From positions 107,422 to 171,421 of the forward strand of contig JAFGWM010000032.1 in the NCBI GenBank assembly GCA_016937155.1: a stretch of 64,000 nt of DNA, in the 5' to 3' direction. The stretch is from Deltaproteobacteria bacterium (GTDB lineage Bacteria; Myxococcota_A; Polyangia; HGW-17). Every line of letters begins with the position of its first letter. Positions within the stretch are counted from its first letter, which is position 1. The notes beneath the pieces are model-generated. The model was not told the DNA's origin and did no database searches. It saw only the letters and a list, made by a program, of their open reading frames with translations. Shown piece after piece: positions 49,607 to 59,102 of the stretch. Both the position numbers and the translations under genes were made by a program.

Positions 49607-50701
49607 TCAGGTTTGTTTTTTATTGACTGCAGGTACAACACAGTCTCTTCCACCTGCCTTAGCCCTATATAATGCTTCATCAGCTTTTTTCAACAATTCA
49701 TCTCCAGTTGAAGCATCATGAGGGAATGTTGCTACGCCAATACTGATACTCAGGTGTCCCAGAGGTTGTTCTCTGGCTCCCGGGACGTCAAGCAGTGAAA
49801 TACCCTGTCTAAGCCTCTCTGCCCTTATAAGTGCCCCATCTTTACTGGTCTGAGGAAGGATCAGAACAAATTCTTCTCCACCGTATCTGCCGATAATATC
49901 AGATTTTCTTGAAGGGGAAATATCATGGCTTCCATCTATCAGAAATGCTGATACTGATTTCAGCACAATATCACCTACATCATGACCATGGCGGTCATTA
50001 TAAAGTTTGAAATGGTCAATATCTGTAAAAATTATAGAAACTTCGCTTTCATATCTGATGCAGCGTGCTATTTCTTCTTCCAGCCTTGATTTTATAGTCA
50101 CATGATTATAAAGCCCAGTCAGGCCATCCCTTATTGCTGCTTTTTGAAGTTCAGCATTGGCACTTTCCAGCTGTCTCAGGGCATCCAGCAGTTCCTGTGT
50201 TCTTTCATCCAGACTTTTCCGGAGAAGTTCTCTGTGTTTTTTCAGATCATCATTTGCACTGACCAGAGATTTGTTTGCATATTTAAGTTCGAGGAGAAGA
50301 ATTTCATTTTTTCTCTCGAGATCTGTCATCTGGTTCATCTGGTGCAGAATTGCTGTAAGTTCATTAATATCCCATGGCTTTTTGATAAAATAGTTTATCG
50401 AGCCTATGTTTACTGCCTGCATAGCCATTTCACCGTCACTGTTTCCAGTCATCAGAATTCTTTTGGCCTGAGGTGCAATTTTTTTTGTTTGAGTAAACAG
50501 TTCAATTCCATTTATTCCCCCAGGCATAAACATATCGCTGATGATGATTTTTACATCTATGCCACTTCTGATTTTTTGAAGAGCTTCCTCTCCTGATGAG
50601 GCCTCATGAATTTCATAATCGTCAAAAAGAGCACGCCGAATGGATGCCCTAATGTTAGCTTCATCATCTACAACCAGAAGTCCGGGAATAGTATCAGTCA
50701 T
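49607..50701 (-). CDS. Response-regulator diguanylate cyclase (REC, coiled coil, GGDEF)
   Basis: VVDDE, ISDMFMP, KPW; DGLTGLYN, DIDHFK, I-site RKSD and active site GGEEF. Confidence 0.95.
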   Translation of the reverse strand: MTDTIPGLLVVDDEANIRASIRRALFDDYEIHEASSGEEALQKIRSGIDVKIIISDMFMPGGINGIELFTQTKKIAPQAKRILMTGNSDGEMAMQAVNIGSINYFIKKPWDINELTAILHQMNQMTDLERKNEILLLELKYANKSLVSANDDLKKHRELLRKSLDERTQELLDALRQLESANAELQKAAIRDGLTGLYNHVTIKSRLEEEIARCIRYESEVSIIFTDIDHFKLYNDRHGHDVGDIVLKSVSAFLIDGSHDISPSRKSDIIGRYGGEEFVLILPQTSKDGALIRAERLRQGISLLDVPGAREQPLGHLSISIGVATFPHDASTGDELLKKADEALYRAKAGGRDCVVPAVNKKQT

Positions 50702-50889
50702 TGGATCCTCAAAATAGTTACTCTTGTACCCTCTCGAGTATTACTATCGGTTTATTCTCTAAGAGTTTAACTGAATTCGGAAAAATGTTCGTATTTAAAC
50801 GTATTAAATCAGATCATCAACTTGAAAAATAATTCTCAGGTAGTATTTTGAAAAGAGGATATGTATTATCCAGCTTTAAGGAGGATTAA

Positions 50890-51135
50890 ATGAAAAAGTT
50901 AACAGTTATGGTTTTTTTACTGGCTTTCTCAGGATGTGCCGCAAGGCAAACAAAAACACAACCTGTGGCTGGGGCTTCCGCTGATTCAACATCAAATATG
51001 ACTTCAACGGAGACCGGAAAAGCTGAAGAGCCGGCTGCCAGTCCAGGAAGAAAAATGATCATTGAAAAAGAAAAACCGGAAAATAGAACTAGTGGCCATA
51101 GAAATGACACTGAAGGTACAGAAGAGATGCAATGA
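50890..51135 (+). CDS. Small disordered lipoprotein ending in RTSGHRNDTEGTEEMQ
   Basis: AAGGAGG RBS; signal peptide with lipobox AFSG-C; low-complexity body. Confidence 0.82.
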   Translation: MKKLTVMVFLLAFSGCAARQTKTQPVAGASADSTSNMTSTETGKAEEPAASPGRKMIIEKEKPENRTSGHRNDTEGTEEMQ

Positions 51136-51650
51136 AAAATTATTTAACAGTAATTCTGATTTTAATGCTGAGTTATTCGGGGTGTTCCAAAAAGGGTGAT
51201 CCTGAAAATGAAAAGAGCAGTGAAATAAAGAAGGTTCCGCAAAAGAAGGAAAATACTCCATCTGAGAAGAAACTTCATGAAAGACCTACTGATAAGGAAG
51301 AGACCAAATCCCTTGAAGATCCATCTGCTGTAATGGAGGCTCCTGGTGGAAAGTTAACGGATACCATAAAAGCAACTGGTGCAGGTGATTCAACTGCTGT
51401 AAAACAAATGAATCTGAGAAGTTTTAAGAAAAAGGAAGACAAGAAAAAACCAAAGATTCCGGGAAGAAACGGAGTATCAGGATTGGATATCCGTCCGGTA
51501 CTTAAAAGGCCACCTTCCAGAAGTGATGCAGACCAGTCTAGGGATAGTACCGTAAAAAAAATAAAGAAAATAACCGGAAAAGGCAAGGGTGATTATAGAA
51601 CAAGTGGGCATCGTAATGATATGGAGGGTACTGAAGAAATTCAGGATTGA
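51085..51650 (+). repeat. Peptide-level duplicated motif; copies at 51085-51132 and 51597-51644
   Basis: RTSGHRND(T/M)EGTEE(M/I)Q: 14 of 16 residues identical, 8 of them encoded by different synonymous codons. Confidence 0.9.
51132..51650 (+). CDS. Disordered lipoprotein ending in RTSGHRNDMEGTEEIQD
   Basis: ATGA overlap with the previous gene; lipobox SYSG-C; K/E/S/P-rich body. Confidence 0.82.
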   Translation: MKNYLTVILILMLSYSGCSKKGDPENEKSSEIKKVPQKKENTPSEKKLHERPTDKEETKSLEDPSAVMEAPGGKLTDTIKATGAGDSTAVKQMNLRSFKKKEDKKKPKIPGRNGVSGLDIRPVLKRPPSRSDADQSRDSTVKKIKKITGKGKGDYRTSGHRNDMEGTEEIQD

Positions 51651-53839
51651 CCGGTTAATCTCTCATAAAGAAAAGTATTGCGATGTTTTTTTAAATAGTT
51701 GGATATAGCCATGCCCATTGCTTTTTGAGTTCCCACCATAACCACCAGTTTTCTTGCTCTGGTAACTGCTGTATAAATGAGATTTCTCTGGAGCATAACG
51801 GCATGTTGGGTGTGAATTGGCATTACAACAGCACCATATTCACTACCCTGACTTTTATGTATGCTTACTGCATAGGCAAGTGACATTTCAGACAGCTTTT
51901 TCTCTGGAATTTGTACACTTTTTTCATCAAAATCAACAGTCAGTGAGTTATCGTCATCATTGATTTCACTGATTGTTCCAATATCACCATTAAAAATTCC
52001 AAGATCATAATTGTTTCTGAGTTGAATTATTCGATCTCCCTTTATATATTTTTTATCTCCTCTTGTAATAAAATCCGGACTTTTATTGAGAGCTTTCTGA
52101 AGTTCAGTGTTAAGATTTTCAGTTCCCAAAACACCCTTATGCATAGGAGATAATACCTGAATATCTGTAAAAGGGCTTAATCCATAGGAATCGGGTATTC
52201 GTTCAGAAACAAGTTGAATTATTATTTTAAGTACATCGTTTGGATCTTCCTTATTGATAAAGAACAGATCACCATTGTTTCCCTTTCCGGAAATTATTTC
52301 CATTCCGGTATTTATGTTATGAGCACTTTGTACAATATTACTTTCCATAGCCTGACGGTATATTGTGGAAAGAGTTATTACATTGAATATTCCCGATCTA
52401 ATAAGATCCTCAAGAACGCTTCCTGGTCCTACCGAGGGAAGTTGATCCTTATCTCCCACCAGAATCAGAGAAGTTTTATCAGTCAGAGCCATGGACAGGT
52501 GATACATCAATGGAAGATCCACCATGGAAACCTCATCAATTACAATAAAATTTGCATCCAGTGGATTTTTTTCGTTTTTTCCCCAGAAATTTTTTCCAGG
52601 CTGATAATCAAGGAGGCGATGAATAGTTCTAGCTTCGAGACCGGTGGCCTGTGAAAGTCTTTTTGCTGCTCTTCCGGTTGGGGCTGCAAGTTCAATTGAA
52701 AAACCGTCATTAATTACATTTTCACAGATAGCTTTCACAAGGGTTGTTTTCCCTGTTCCCGGCCCACCAGTTATAATAGTTATTCCCCCTTTGAGGGCAT
52801 TTCGAACGGCTTCAATCTGAAGAACATCAAGTTCTATATTCTGATGTTCAAACATAATCCGGTAAATTTCATCTGGCTTTTTATGGATTACTCCACCGGT
52901 TGTTTCTTTTAGTTTTTTCAGTTTTTTAGCGAGCTGGGTTTCGCAGTAGTGTAATCTCTTTTGGTAGATCATTTCACCCTGGACAATTACAAGCTCTTTT
53001 GCAGTTAATGAATTTACTATTGCCGAAAAATTCAGATCCTGAATATCAGTGTAGTTTCGGCACAGTTCCCTGAAGTCTTCCATGTTGAGAAAGATATGGC
53101 CGGCTGATTCACTTTCCCGAAGTATATACATTGCGGCGGCTTCCAGTCTGAATGGACTGTCTGGCTTAAATCCCATTTTAAGTGCAATCCGATCAGCGGT
53201 ATGAAAACCAATCCCCCATATTTCATCTGCAAGTCTGTAGGGATTTTCAGTGACTTTGTCCTTTGTTGTATCCTGATATTCCTGATAGATTTTCATGGAG
53301 GTTCCGACACCTACTCCGAGGCTTTGGAGCCATACCATTGTCGAAGCCATTTTTTTTCTTTTATTGAAACTCTCGGAAATAATTTTATATTTCTTTTTCC
53401 CGATACCATCGATTTCCATTAATCTTTCTGGTGAATTTTCTATAACACTTAGAGTTGTAGAACCAAAGTAGTTAACAATTTTTTCAGCGGTTGATATTCC
53501 AATGCCATTAACAAGACCGCTCCCGAGAAATCGGATTGTACCTTCAATGGAAGCTGGTTCGGATAACATCAAAGTTTCAATTCTTAACTGAAGACCAAAG
53601 CGGCTGTCATTTTCCCAGATTCCGCTGCAGCATACCCAGTCTCCAGGGTTAATCTCACCGGTGATACCAACACAATTAATAGTATTGTCGTCTCCTTCCG
53701 GTCTGAATCTGAAAACAGAATAGCCATTATTTTCATTATGAAATCTGATTGATACAATTTCACCTGAATAACTGGAGTTTTTCCCATTAAGATTGGGATT
53801 TATCAAATCCAGTTTCCCGACGCCATAGCGTTTGTCCAA
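51641..53839 (-). CDS. recD2: ATP-dependent RecD-like DNA helicase RecD2
   Basis: HhH GIG repeats, NPYRL...GIGF..AD, GGPGTGKT, APTGRAAKR, DEVSM, GDKDQLPSVGPG, SIHKSQGSE and YTAVTRA. Confidence 0.96.
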   Translation of the reverse strand: MDKRYGVGKLDLINPNLNGKNSSYSGEIVSIRFHNENNGYSVFRFRPEGDDNTINCVGITGEINPGDWVCCSGIWENDSRFGLQLRIETLMLSEPASIEGTIRFLGSGLVNGIGISTAEKIVNYFGSTTLSVIENSPERLMEIDGIGKKKYKIISESFNKRKKMASTMVWLQSLGVGVGTSMKIYQEYQDTTKDKVTENPYRLADEIWGIGFHTADRIALKMGFKPDSPFRLEAAAMYILRESESAGHIFLNMEDFRELCRNYTDIQDLNFSAIVNSLTAKELVIVQGEMIYQKRLHYCETQLAKKLKKLKETTGGVIHKKPDEIYRIMFEHQNIELDVLQIEAVRNALKGGITIITGGPGTGKTTLVKAICENVINDGFSIELAAPTGRAAKRLSQATGLEARTIHRLLDYQPGKNFWGKNEKNPLDANFIVIDEVSMVDLPLMYHLSMALTDKTSLILVGDKDQLPSVGPGSVLEDLIRSGIFNVITLSTIYRQAMESNIVQSAHNINTGMEIISGKGNNGDLFFINKEDPNDVLKIIIQLVSERIPDSYGLSPFTDIQVLSPMHKGVLGTENLNTELQKALNKSPDFITRGDKKYIKGDRIIQLRNNYDLGIFNGDIGTISEINDDDNSLTVDFDEKSVQIPEKKLSEMSLAYAVSIHKSQGSEYGAVVMPIHTQHAVMLQRNLIYTAVTRARKLVVMVGTQKAMGMAISNYLKKHRNTFLYERLTGQS

Positions 53840-53962
53840 TTTGCAGCTCCATTCACCATGCAGTTGATATTAACATCACTTTGTTATACAACAACGGTGG
53901 ATATATAAAAGATGTTGTATCAATTTATGTAATTGTTATCCTAAAAAAACAGGGTTTATTGA

Positions 53963-54520
53963 ATGGACGGGCTTCTGAAATATAAAAAAATTGAAATACT
54001 ACCTGGCGAAATATGTGGTGTGATCAGTGATACTCACAGTACTTTTTTGCCTGAAGAAGTGGTAAGAAATCTGAGAAATTATTTTCACAGTGTAAAATAT
54101 TTATTACATTTAGGAGATGTAACTCATCCAGGTGTGATTAACGATCTGGAGGCTGACGGTTTTAGTGTAATTTCTGTTTTAGGTAATAATGACAGATTGT
54201 TAAGCACCCCAAGTGTTGTTGTACTTGAGGGGGGTGGATATAAAGTTGGCATGGTTCATGGAGGAGGTGGGGGATATGGAGATGTTGAAAAGAGATGTCT
54301 TCGGATTATAAGATCCGTGTTTACTGATAATCTTGATGGAGTGCTGTTCGGACATATCCACATTCCAGTGGATAAGATCATAAACGGAATTCGTTTTATG
54401 AATCCCGGTTCGCTGATATTTCCGAGACATGATCCGGATGAAAAATACCCGGCGATACCCCATGCCGCATTTTTCAGTTTCGGAAAAGACGGGCCGGAAT
54501 TTGAAATTTTTTCGTTTTAG
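53963..54520 (+). CDS. YfcE-type metallophosphoesterase
   Basis: ISDTH, HLGD, GNND, HG, FGHIH and NPGS. Confidence 0.92.
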   Translation: MDGLLKYKKIEILPGEICGVISDTHSTFLPEEVVRNLRNYFHSVKYLLHLGDVTHPGVINDLEADGFSVISVLGNNDRLLSTPSVVVLEGGGYKVGMVHGGGGGYGDVEKRCLRIIRSVFTDNLDGVLFGHIHIPVDKIINGIRFMNPGSLIFPRHDPDEKYPAIPHAAFFSFGKDGPEFEIFSF

Positions 54521-54675
54521 TACCGGATAATCCGATGTGATGTTTTCATGATGGATTATTTTTTGCCGGTTATATTTCTGGTGATTTATTTTCTGATGTG
54601 GTTATACCTGAAGATAGAATCCGGGAATTTTAATTGGAGAATAAAAAATTTTTTTTAATTAATTTTGAATCATGC

Positions 54676-54704
54676 TTGAATACTTACGTATCTCAGCATA
54701 TAAC
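54676..54704 (+). promoter_or_regulatory. Putative sigma70 promoter for the Tyr/Arg-rich lipoprotein
   Basis: TTGAAT, 17 nt spacer, TATAAC. Confidence 0.45.
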
Positions 54705-54752
54705 TTGTTCATGAATTTTTGAAAACATGAAAACCAAATGGAAGGAGTTGAC

Positions 54753-55160
54753 ATGAGGAAATTAGTTACATTTATGAGTGTTGTTGCTCTGAGCGCTGCT
54801 ACAATGCTGTCTGGTTGTGTTGTAAGTGCACGTCCGGCAACAGTTAGTTACAGCTACGGTGGATGGAATGCACAGTATTACAATGGAGCTCTTGTATACT
54901 ACGATACAATGGGAAGACCATATTACTACACCAGTGGCGTCAGGTATTATGTACCTGCAACATGGTATGGTTATTCCAGACTTGTTAACCACTACAGAGT
55001 CCACAGAAGTGCATACCTCAGATGGCATACCAGATATCACAGACCACGTCATTTCAGATATCGTCGCAGAGCTACAGTTCGTACCAGAGGCCGTGTTGTA
55101 AGAAGAACAACACACAGAAGACGTACTGTAAGAAGAGTAAGAGCACGCAGAAGAAGATAA
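54753..55160 (+). CDS. Tyr-rich lipoprotein with an Arg-rich C-terminal tail
   Basis: AAGGAG RBS before ATG 54753; lipobox LSG-C; YY-rich core; 22 Arg in the last 42 residues. Confidence 0.82.
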   Translation: MRKLVTFMSVVALSAATMLSGCVVSARPATVSYSYGGWNAQYYNGALVYYDTMGRPYYYTSGVRYYVPATWYGYSRLVNHYRVHRSAYLRWHTRYHRPRHFRYRRRATVRTRGRVVRRTTHRRRTVRRVRARRRR

Positions 55161-55416
55161 TCTTCTTAATCCCATCCAATTTACCATTTCTGCTAATCCA
55201 ATAATCTTTAATTAGGGTTTTTTCAACCGACGGATTTTTGTTTCAAAAAAAGATCTGTATTGTCGATTTATTCTAAAATGTAAAAAGATGGCAGGAGAAA
55301 TCATTCATAAAGGGTGATTCAAAAAAATTTTTTTCTAAAAAAAGTTAATACTTGCAAATTATCCGGTGATGTTGGATACCACACAGTATCAGATGGCGTA
55401 CCGTCCGGAGATTAGA

Positions 55417-55860
55417 ATGAACCTGAAAAAGATTTTAAAGAAATCAAATATATGTATTGACCTGAAAAGTACGGACAAGAAGTCTGTGATCAGTGAGATG
55501 CTGGATATTATTATCAGCAATGGAATAGTGAAGGATCCTGAGGGTGCACTTAAAGCTCTTTATGAACGTGAAGAAAAAATGTCCACCGGTATGGAAATGG
55601 GTATTGCGATTCCTCACGCTAGAACTGATGCTGTATCAGAGCTTCAGATAGCTGTTGGAATCAGTAGAAAAGGTGTAGATTTTGAAGCTCTGGACGGGGA
55701 ACCATCAAGGATAATAATTATGACATTGTCTCCTACCGCCAGAAGTGGTCCCCATATTCAGTTCATTGCTGCAATCAGCAACATTCTTTCAGATTTTAAC
55801 AAAAGAGAAGGTCTGATTAAGGCAGCGACTGTTGAGGAAGCATTAAAAATTCTCATTTGA
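55417..55860 (+). CDS. PTS EIIA (fructose/Ntr-type) domain protein
   Basis: ALYEREEKMSTGMEMGIAIPHAR (phospho-His) and GVDFEALDG; start ATG 55417 after GGAG. Confidence 0.92.
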   Translation: MNLKKILKKSNICIDLKSTDKKSVISEMLDIIISNGIVKDPEGALKALYEREEKMSTGMEMGIAIPHARTDAVSELQIAVGISRKGVDFEALDGEPSRIIIMTLSPTARSGPHIQFIAAISNILSDFNKREGLIKAATVEEALKILI

Positions 55861-55885
55861 ACTTCATTTTCCGGGAGGTTCCAGA

Positions 55886-57508
55886 ATGACACATCAGATG
55901 ACCAGACTGGTTCTTCAGTTGGCCGTAATAGTTATTGCTGCAAAGATAATAGGACAGATTTTTGAGAGGTACCTGAAGCAACCCAGAGTTTTGGGTGAGC
56001 TGGCCACAGGTATCCTGATTGGCCCTTACATGCTTGGGCAGTTTAGTATCTCCATATTAAACGGGCCACTTTTTCCCATACCCCCAGGAAGTACATTACC
56101 TGTGAGTCCCGAACTTTATGGGTTTGCAGTTATAGCTTCGATAATACTGCTTTTTCTGGCAGGACTGGAAACAGATCTCTCCACATTTTTACGGTTTGCG
56201 GTGACAGGTACTGCAGTAGGTTTTGGTGGAGTTATTGTTAGTTTTTTAATTGGAGCAGCTCTTACATGGATTTTTATTCCAGGAGTTTCTTCCCTTGTTC
56301 ATCCAACAGCACTGTTTATGGGAACACTGGCAACTGCAACCAGTGTGGGTATTACGGCCAGAATTTTATCGGAAAAAAAGAAAATGTCTTCACCTGAAGG
56401 TGTAACAATTCTGGCAGGGGCAGTATTGGATGATGTTGTGGGTATTGTTGTTCTTGCAGTGGTTGTAGGTATTGTGAAAGTTGAAAAAGCTGGAGGAAGC
56501 CTTGAATGGGGCAGAATAGGTCTTATTGCCGGTAAGGCATTTGGATTCTGGCTTTTATGTACAGTTGTAGGTATTCTGGTTGCTCCAAAAATCAGCAAGT
56601 CTTTAAAATGGTTTAAGAAAGCTGATGCAATTGCCGGGATGAGTCTGGGTTTGGCACTTGTTCTGGCAGGATTGAGTGAAACAGCTGGACTGGCAATGAT
56701 TATAGGTGCCTATATAACAGGTCTTTCCCTTTCCAGAACAGATATAGCATCTCTTATTGAAGAAAAGATGACAGGAATTTATGATTTTTTTGTACCTATT
56801 TTCTTCTGTGTTATGGGAATGATGGTTAATTTCAGTGCAATGAAAGGCATGCTGGTTTTTGGGCTTATTTATACTCTTGGTGCAATAGCCGGAAAGATTT
56901 TTGGATGTGGTATTCCAGCTTTATTCATGGGATTTAACTTACGGGGAGCATATAGAATTGGTGCCGGGATGCTTCCAAGGGGTGAGGTTACTCTGATTGT
57001 TGCCGGAGTTGGTCTCTCAACCGGGGCCATAGGACAGGATCTTTTTGGTGTTGCCATTATGACTCTTTTAATTGCAAGTGTAGTTGCTCCACCGGTTCTT
57101 GTTTCAAGTTTTTCGGGTGGTGATGGATTAAAATCCACTCTCAGGAATGCAAAGAAGGACGAGCAGATCAGTTTTGATATTGATTTGAAAAATGAAACTA
57201 TGGCAGAGTTTATGGCTTCCAGAATACAGACTGCATTTGTGAATGAAGAGTTTTATGTACACAGGCTTCACAGTCACTGGCCACCACTTTACAGGATAAG
57301 GAAAGAGGATATTCTGATAAACATGGTGGTAAACGGAACCAGACTGGAATTTCAGACAAGTCCAGGTAACTCGCAACTGGTAAAACTTATGGTTTTTGAA
57401 GAGATTCTTTCAATGAAGGATTTACTTGATTCTTTTGAGGATCTTAAAACCAGTGAAAATATGGGCACTGAACTTTTATCAGGTCTTTTTGGTTCAATTC
57501 GTCCTTAA
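55886..57508 (+). CDS. Cation:proton antiporter (CPA2/KefB-like) with a C-terminal soluble domain
   Basis: QPRVLGEL, LFLAGLETD, ATSVGIT, AVLDDV, FVPIFF and GMLPRGEV; many TMs. Confidence 0.93.
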   Translation: MTHQMTRLVLQLAVIVIAAKIIGQIFERYLKQPRVLGELATGILIGPYMLGQFSISILNGPLFPIPPGSTLPVSPELYGFAVIASIILLFLAGLETDLSTFLRFAVTGTAVGFGGVIVSFLIGAALTWIFIPGVSSLVHPTALFMGTLATATSVGITARILSEKKKMSSPEGVTILAGAVLDDVVGIVVLAVVVGIVKVEKAGGSLEWGRIGLIAGKAFGFWLLCTVVGILVAPKISKSLKWFKKADAIAGMSLGLALVLAGLSETAGLAMIIGAYITGLSLSRTDIASLIEEKMTGIYDFFVPIFFCVMGMMVNFSAMKGMLVFGLIYTLGAIAGKIFGCGIPALFMGFNLRGAYRIGAGMLPRGEVTLIVAGVGLSTGAIGQDLFGVAIMTLLIASVVAPPVLVSSFSGGDGLKSTLRNAKKDEQISFDIDLKNETMAEFMASRIQTAFVNEEFYVHRLHSHWPPLYRIRKEDILINMVVNGTRLEFQTSPGNSQLVKLMVFEEILSMKDLLDSFEDLKTSENMGTELLSGLFGSIRP

Positions 57509-57568
57509 AGGGATGAAAATTTTTGAGTAGCGAATATCAGAGGGATACCCTCAAATAAGGAGAAAATA

Positions 57569-57889
57569 ATGATAGTTGTTTCAACAGAAACTGTTCCAGG
57601 TTACCGGATTACTGAAGTCAAAGGAATCGTACAGGGAAATACCGTAAGGGCAAAACATGTTGGGCGTGATATCGCAGCCGGATTCAAAAATCTTGTTGGT
57701 GGTGAGTTAAAGGGATATACGGAACTATTGACTGAAGCCAGAAGAGAAGCTCTTGAAAGAATGCTTTCCCAGGCATCTGAACTGGGTGCTAATGCTGTGG
57801 TTAATCTTCGTTTTGCCACCAGTATGATATCAGCTGGTGCTGCAGAAATGATGGCATATGGTACAGCGGTTGTAATGGTTCAGGAGTAA
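57569..57889 (+). CDS. YbjQ/UPF0145 family protein
   Basis: GRDIAAGFKNLVGGELKGYTELL..ARREA...GANAVV...AYGTAV. Confidence 0.95.
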   Translation: MIVVSTETVPGYRITEVKGIVQGNTVRAKHVGRDIAAGFKNLVGGELKGYTELLTEARREALERMLSQASELGANAVVNLRFATSMISAGAAEMMAYGTAVVMVQE

Positions 57890-57892
57890 AAG

Positions 57893-58342
57893 ATGGAAGA
57901 ACTGGAATTATTAATTTATTTCAGTGGATTCATATTTCTGTTCCTTCTTGGTCTTATTGTTGGTGGCAGAAATGAAAAGAATCATCTGAAAAAACTTGAT
58001 ATTGAAGAAAAGGAACTTGAGGACATACACTGTTCGGATATTAAATCTTTTCCTGAAGGTGTAAAGCCTGGTTCCACCATAACAGCTGTTTCTGCACAGG
58101 TTGTTATAGCGAACGATTATTTTAAAACACTGGCGGGAAGTCTAAGAAATATTTTTGGTGGTGAGGTTAAAAGTTATGAACTTCTGATTCGCAGAGGGCG
58201 CAGAGAAGCTGTTGTGAGGCTAAAAAAGGAAGCTAGAGAGCTTGGCCTTGATACCATCTGCAATATAAGATTTGAGACTTCCAATATTTCCAATGGTGCA
58301 GAGGTACTGGTTTATGGTACTGCATACGAAAGAAATACATGA
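57893..58342 (+). CDS. Membrane-anchored YbjQ family protein
   Basis: N-terminal TM; LRNIFGGEVKSYE...RREA..RL...NIRFETS..EVLVYGTA. Confidence 0.9.
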   Translation: MEELELLIYFSGFIFLFLLGLIVGGRNEKNHLKKLDIEEKELEDIHCSDIKSFPEGVKPGSTITAVSAQVVIANDYFKTLAGSLRNIFGGEVKSYELLIRRGRREAVVRLKKEARELGLDTICNIRFETSNISNGAEVLVYGTAYERNT

Positions 58343-59091
58343 AAAAGGTTCCGGATCAAGACAGCGTATTTAATGAGCCTCATATGACCGGAAAACCATT
58401 TGTTCCGGATCCGTCTGAAAAAATTGAATTAGTGGAAAACAGGGACGATTGTGAATTATCTGAGCAGTCTGTATGGGAAGAACCCAATTTCAATGGCGAG
58501 CTGGCTGTAATGCCTCAAGGGGCTAAAACATACGAGTCATGGTTTAAGGCTGGTATTGCCTCCACATCATACAGAAAATCAATTCTGATAACTGTCATGG
58601 TTGCTCTCAGTGCAGGTCCGTGGGCTATAATTGGAGCATTTGCCGGTTTTTCCAGTTACAGTGCCTTTCAGTTTATAAACCTTGTACTTTTTGGCCCTCT
58701 TATGGAAGAAGTGCTGAAAACGGGTGCTCTTTTCTGGGTTGTTGAAAAGAGGCCATTTTTCTTTAAAAGCAAATATCAGATTATTTTTGCAGCGATGATG
58801 GGTGGTCTTATATTTGGAGTAATTGAGAATGTTGTTTACCTTAAAATATATATAGATCAACCAACTGAAAGTATTATCAGGCTAAGATGGATTGTCTGTA
58901 CATCACTGCATACAGGATGCAGTATAATAGCCGGGCTGGGAATTGGACGAATGTGGAAGAGTGCAATGGGAGATTATCATAAACCGGATTTTTCTCTCTG
59001 GTTTCCGTATCTGTTCACAGCTGTTTCAGTTCATGGAGTATACAATGGTTCTGTATTGTTACTGGAGTTGGGGAAAAAATATTTATTTTAA
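58339..59091 (+). CDS. PrsW-family intramembrane protease
   Basis: GPLMEEVLK, FGVIENVVY, LHTGC and VHGVYN. Confidence 0.85.
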   Translation: MKKVPDQDSVFNEPHMTGKPFVPDPSEKIELVENRDDCELSEQSVWEEPNFNGELAVMPQGAKTYESWFKAGIASTSYRKSILITVMVALSAGPWAIIGAFAGFSSYSAFQFINLVLFGPLMEEVLKTGALFWVVEKRPFFFKSKYQIIFAAMMGGLIFGVIENVVYLKIYIDQPTESIIRLRWIVCTSLHTGCSIIAGLGIGRMWKSAMGDYHKPDFSLWFPYLFTAVSVHGVYNGSVLLLELGKKYLF

Positions 59092-59102
59092 TCAGGAAAA
59101 AA

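Noticed and set aside
51085..51650. RiPP precursor peptides
   Set aside because: Both genes have lipoprotein signals, and no modifying enzyme or dedicated transporter is adjacent; kept only as an unexplained motif.
55161..55416. Riboswitch upstream of the EIIA-antiporter pair
   Set aside because: Only two short hairpins are visible, and I could not match the c-di-AMP, fluoride or nhaA consensus by eye. An Rfam scan would settle it.
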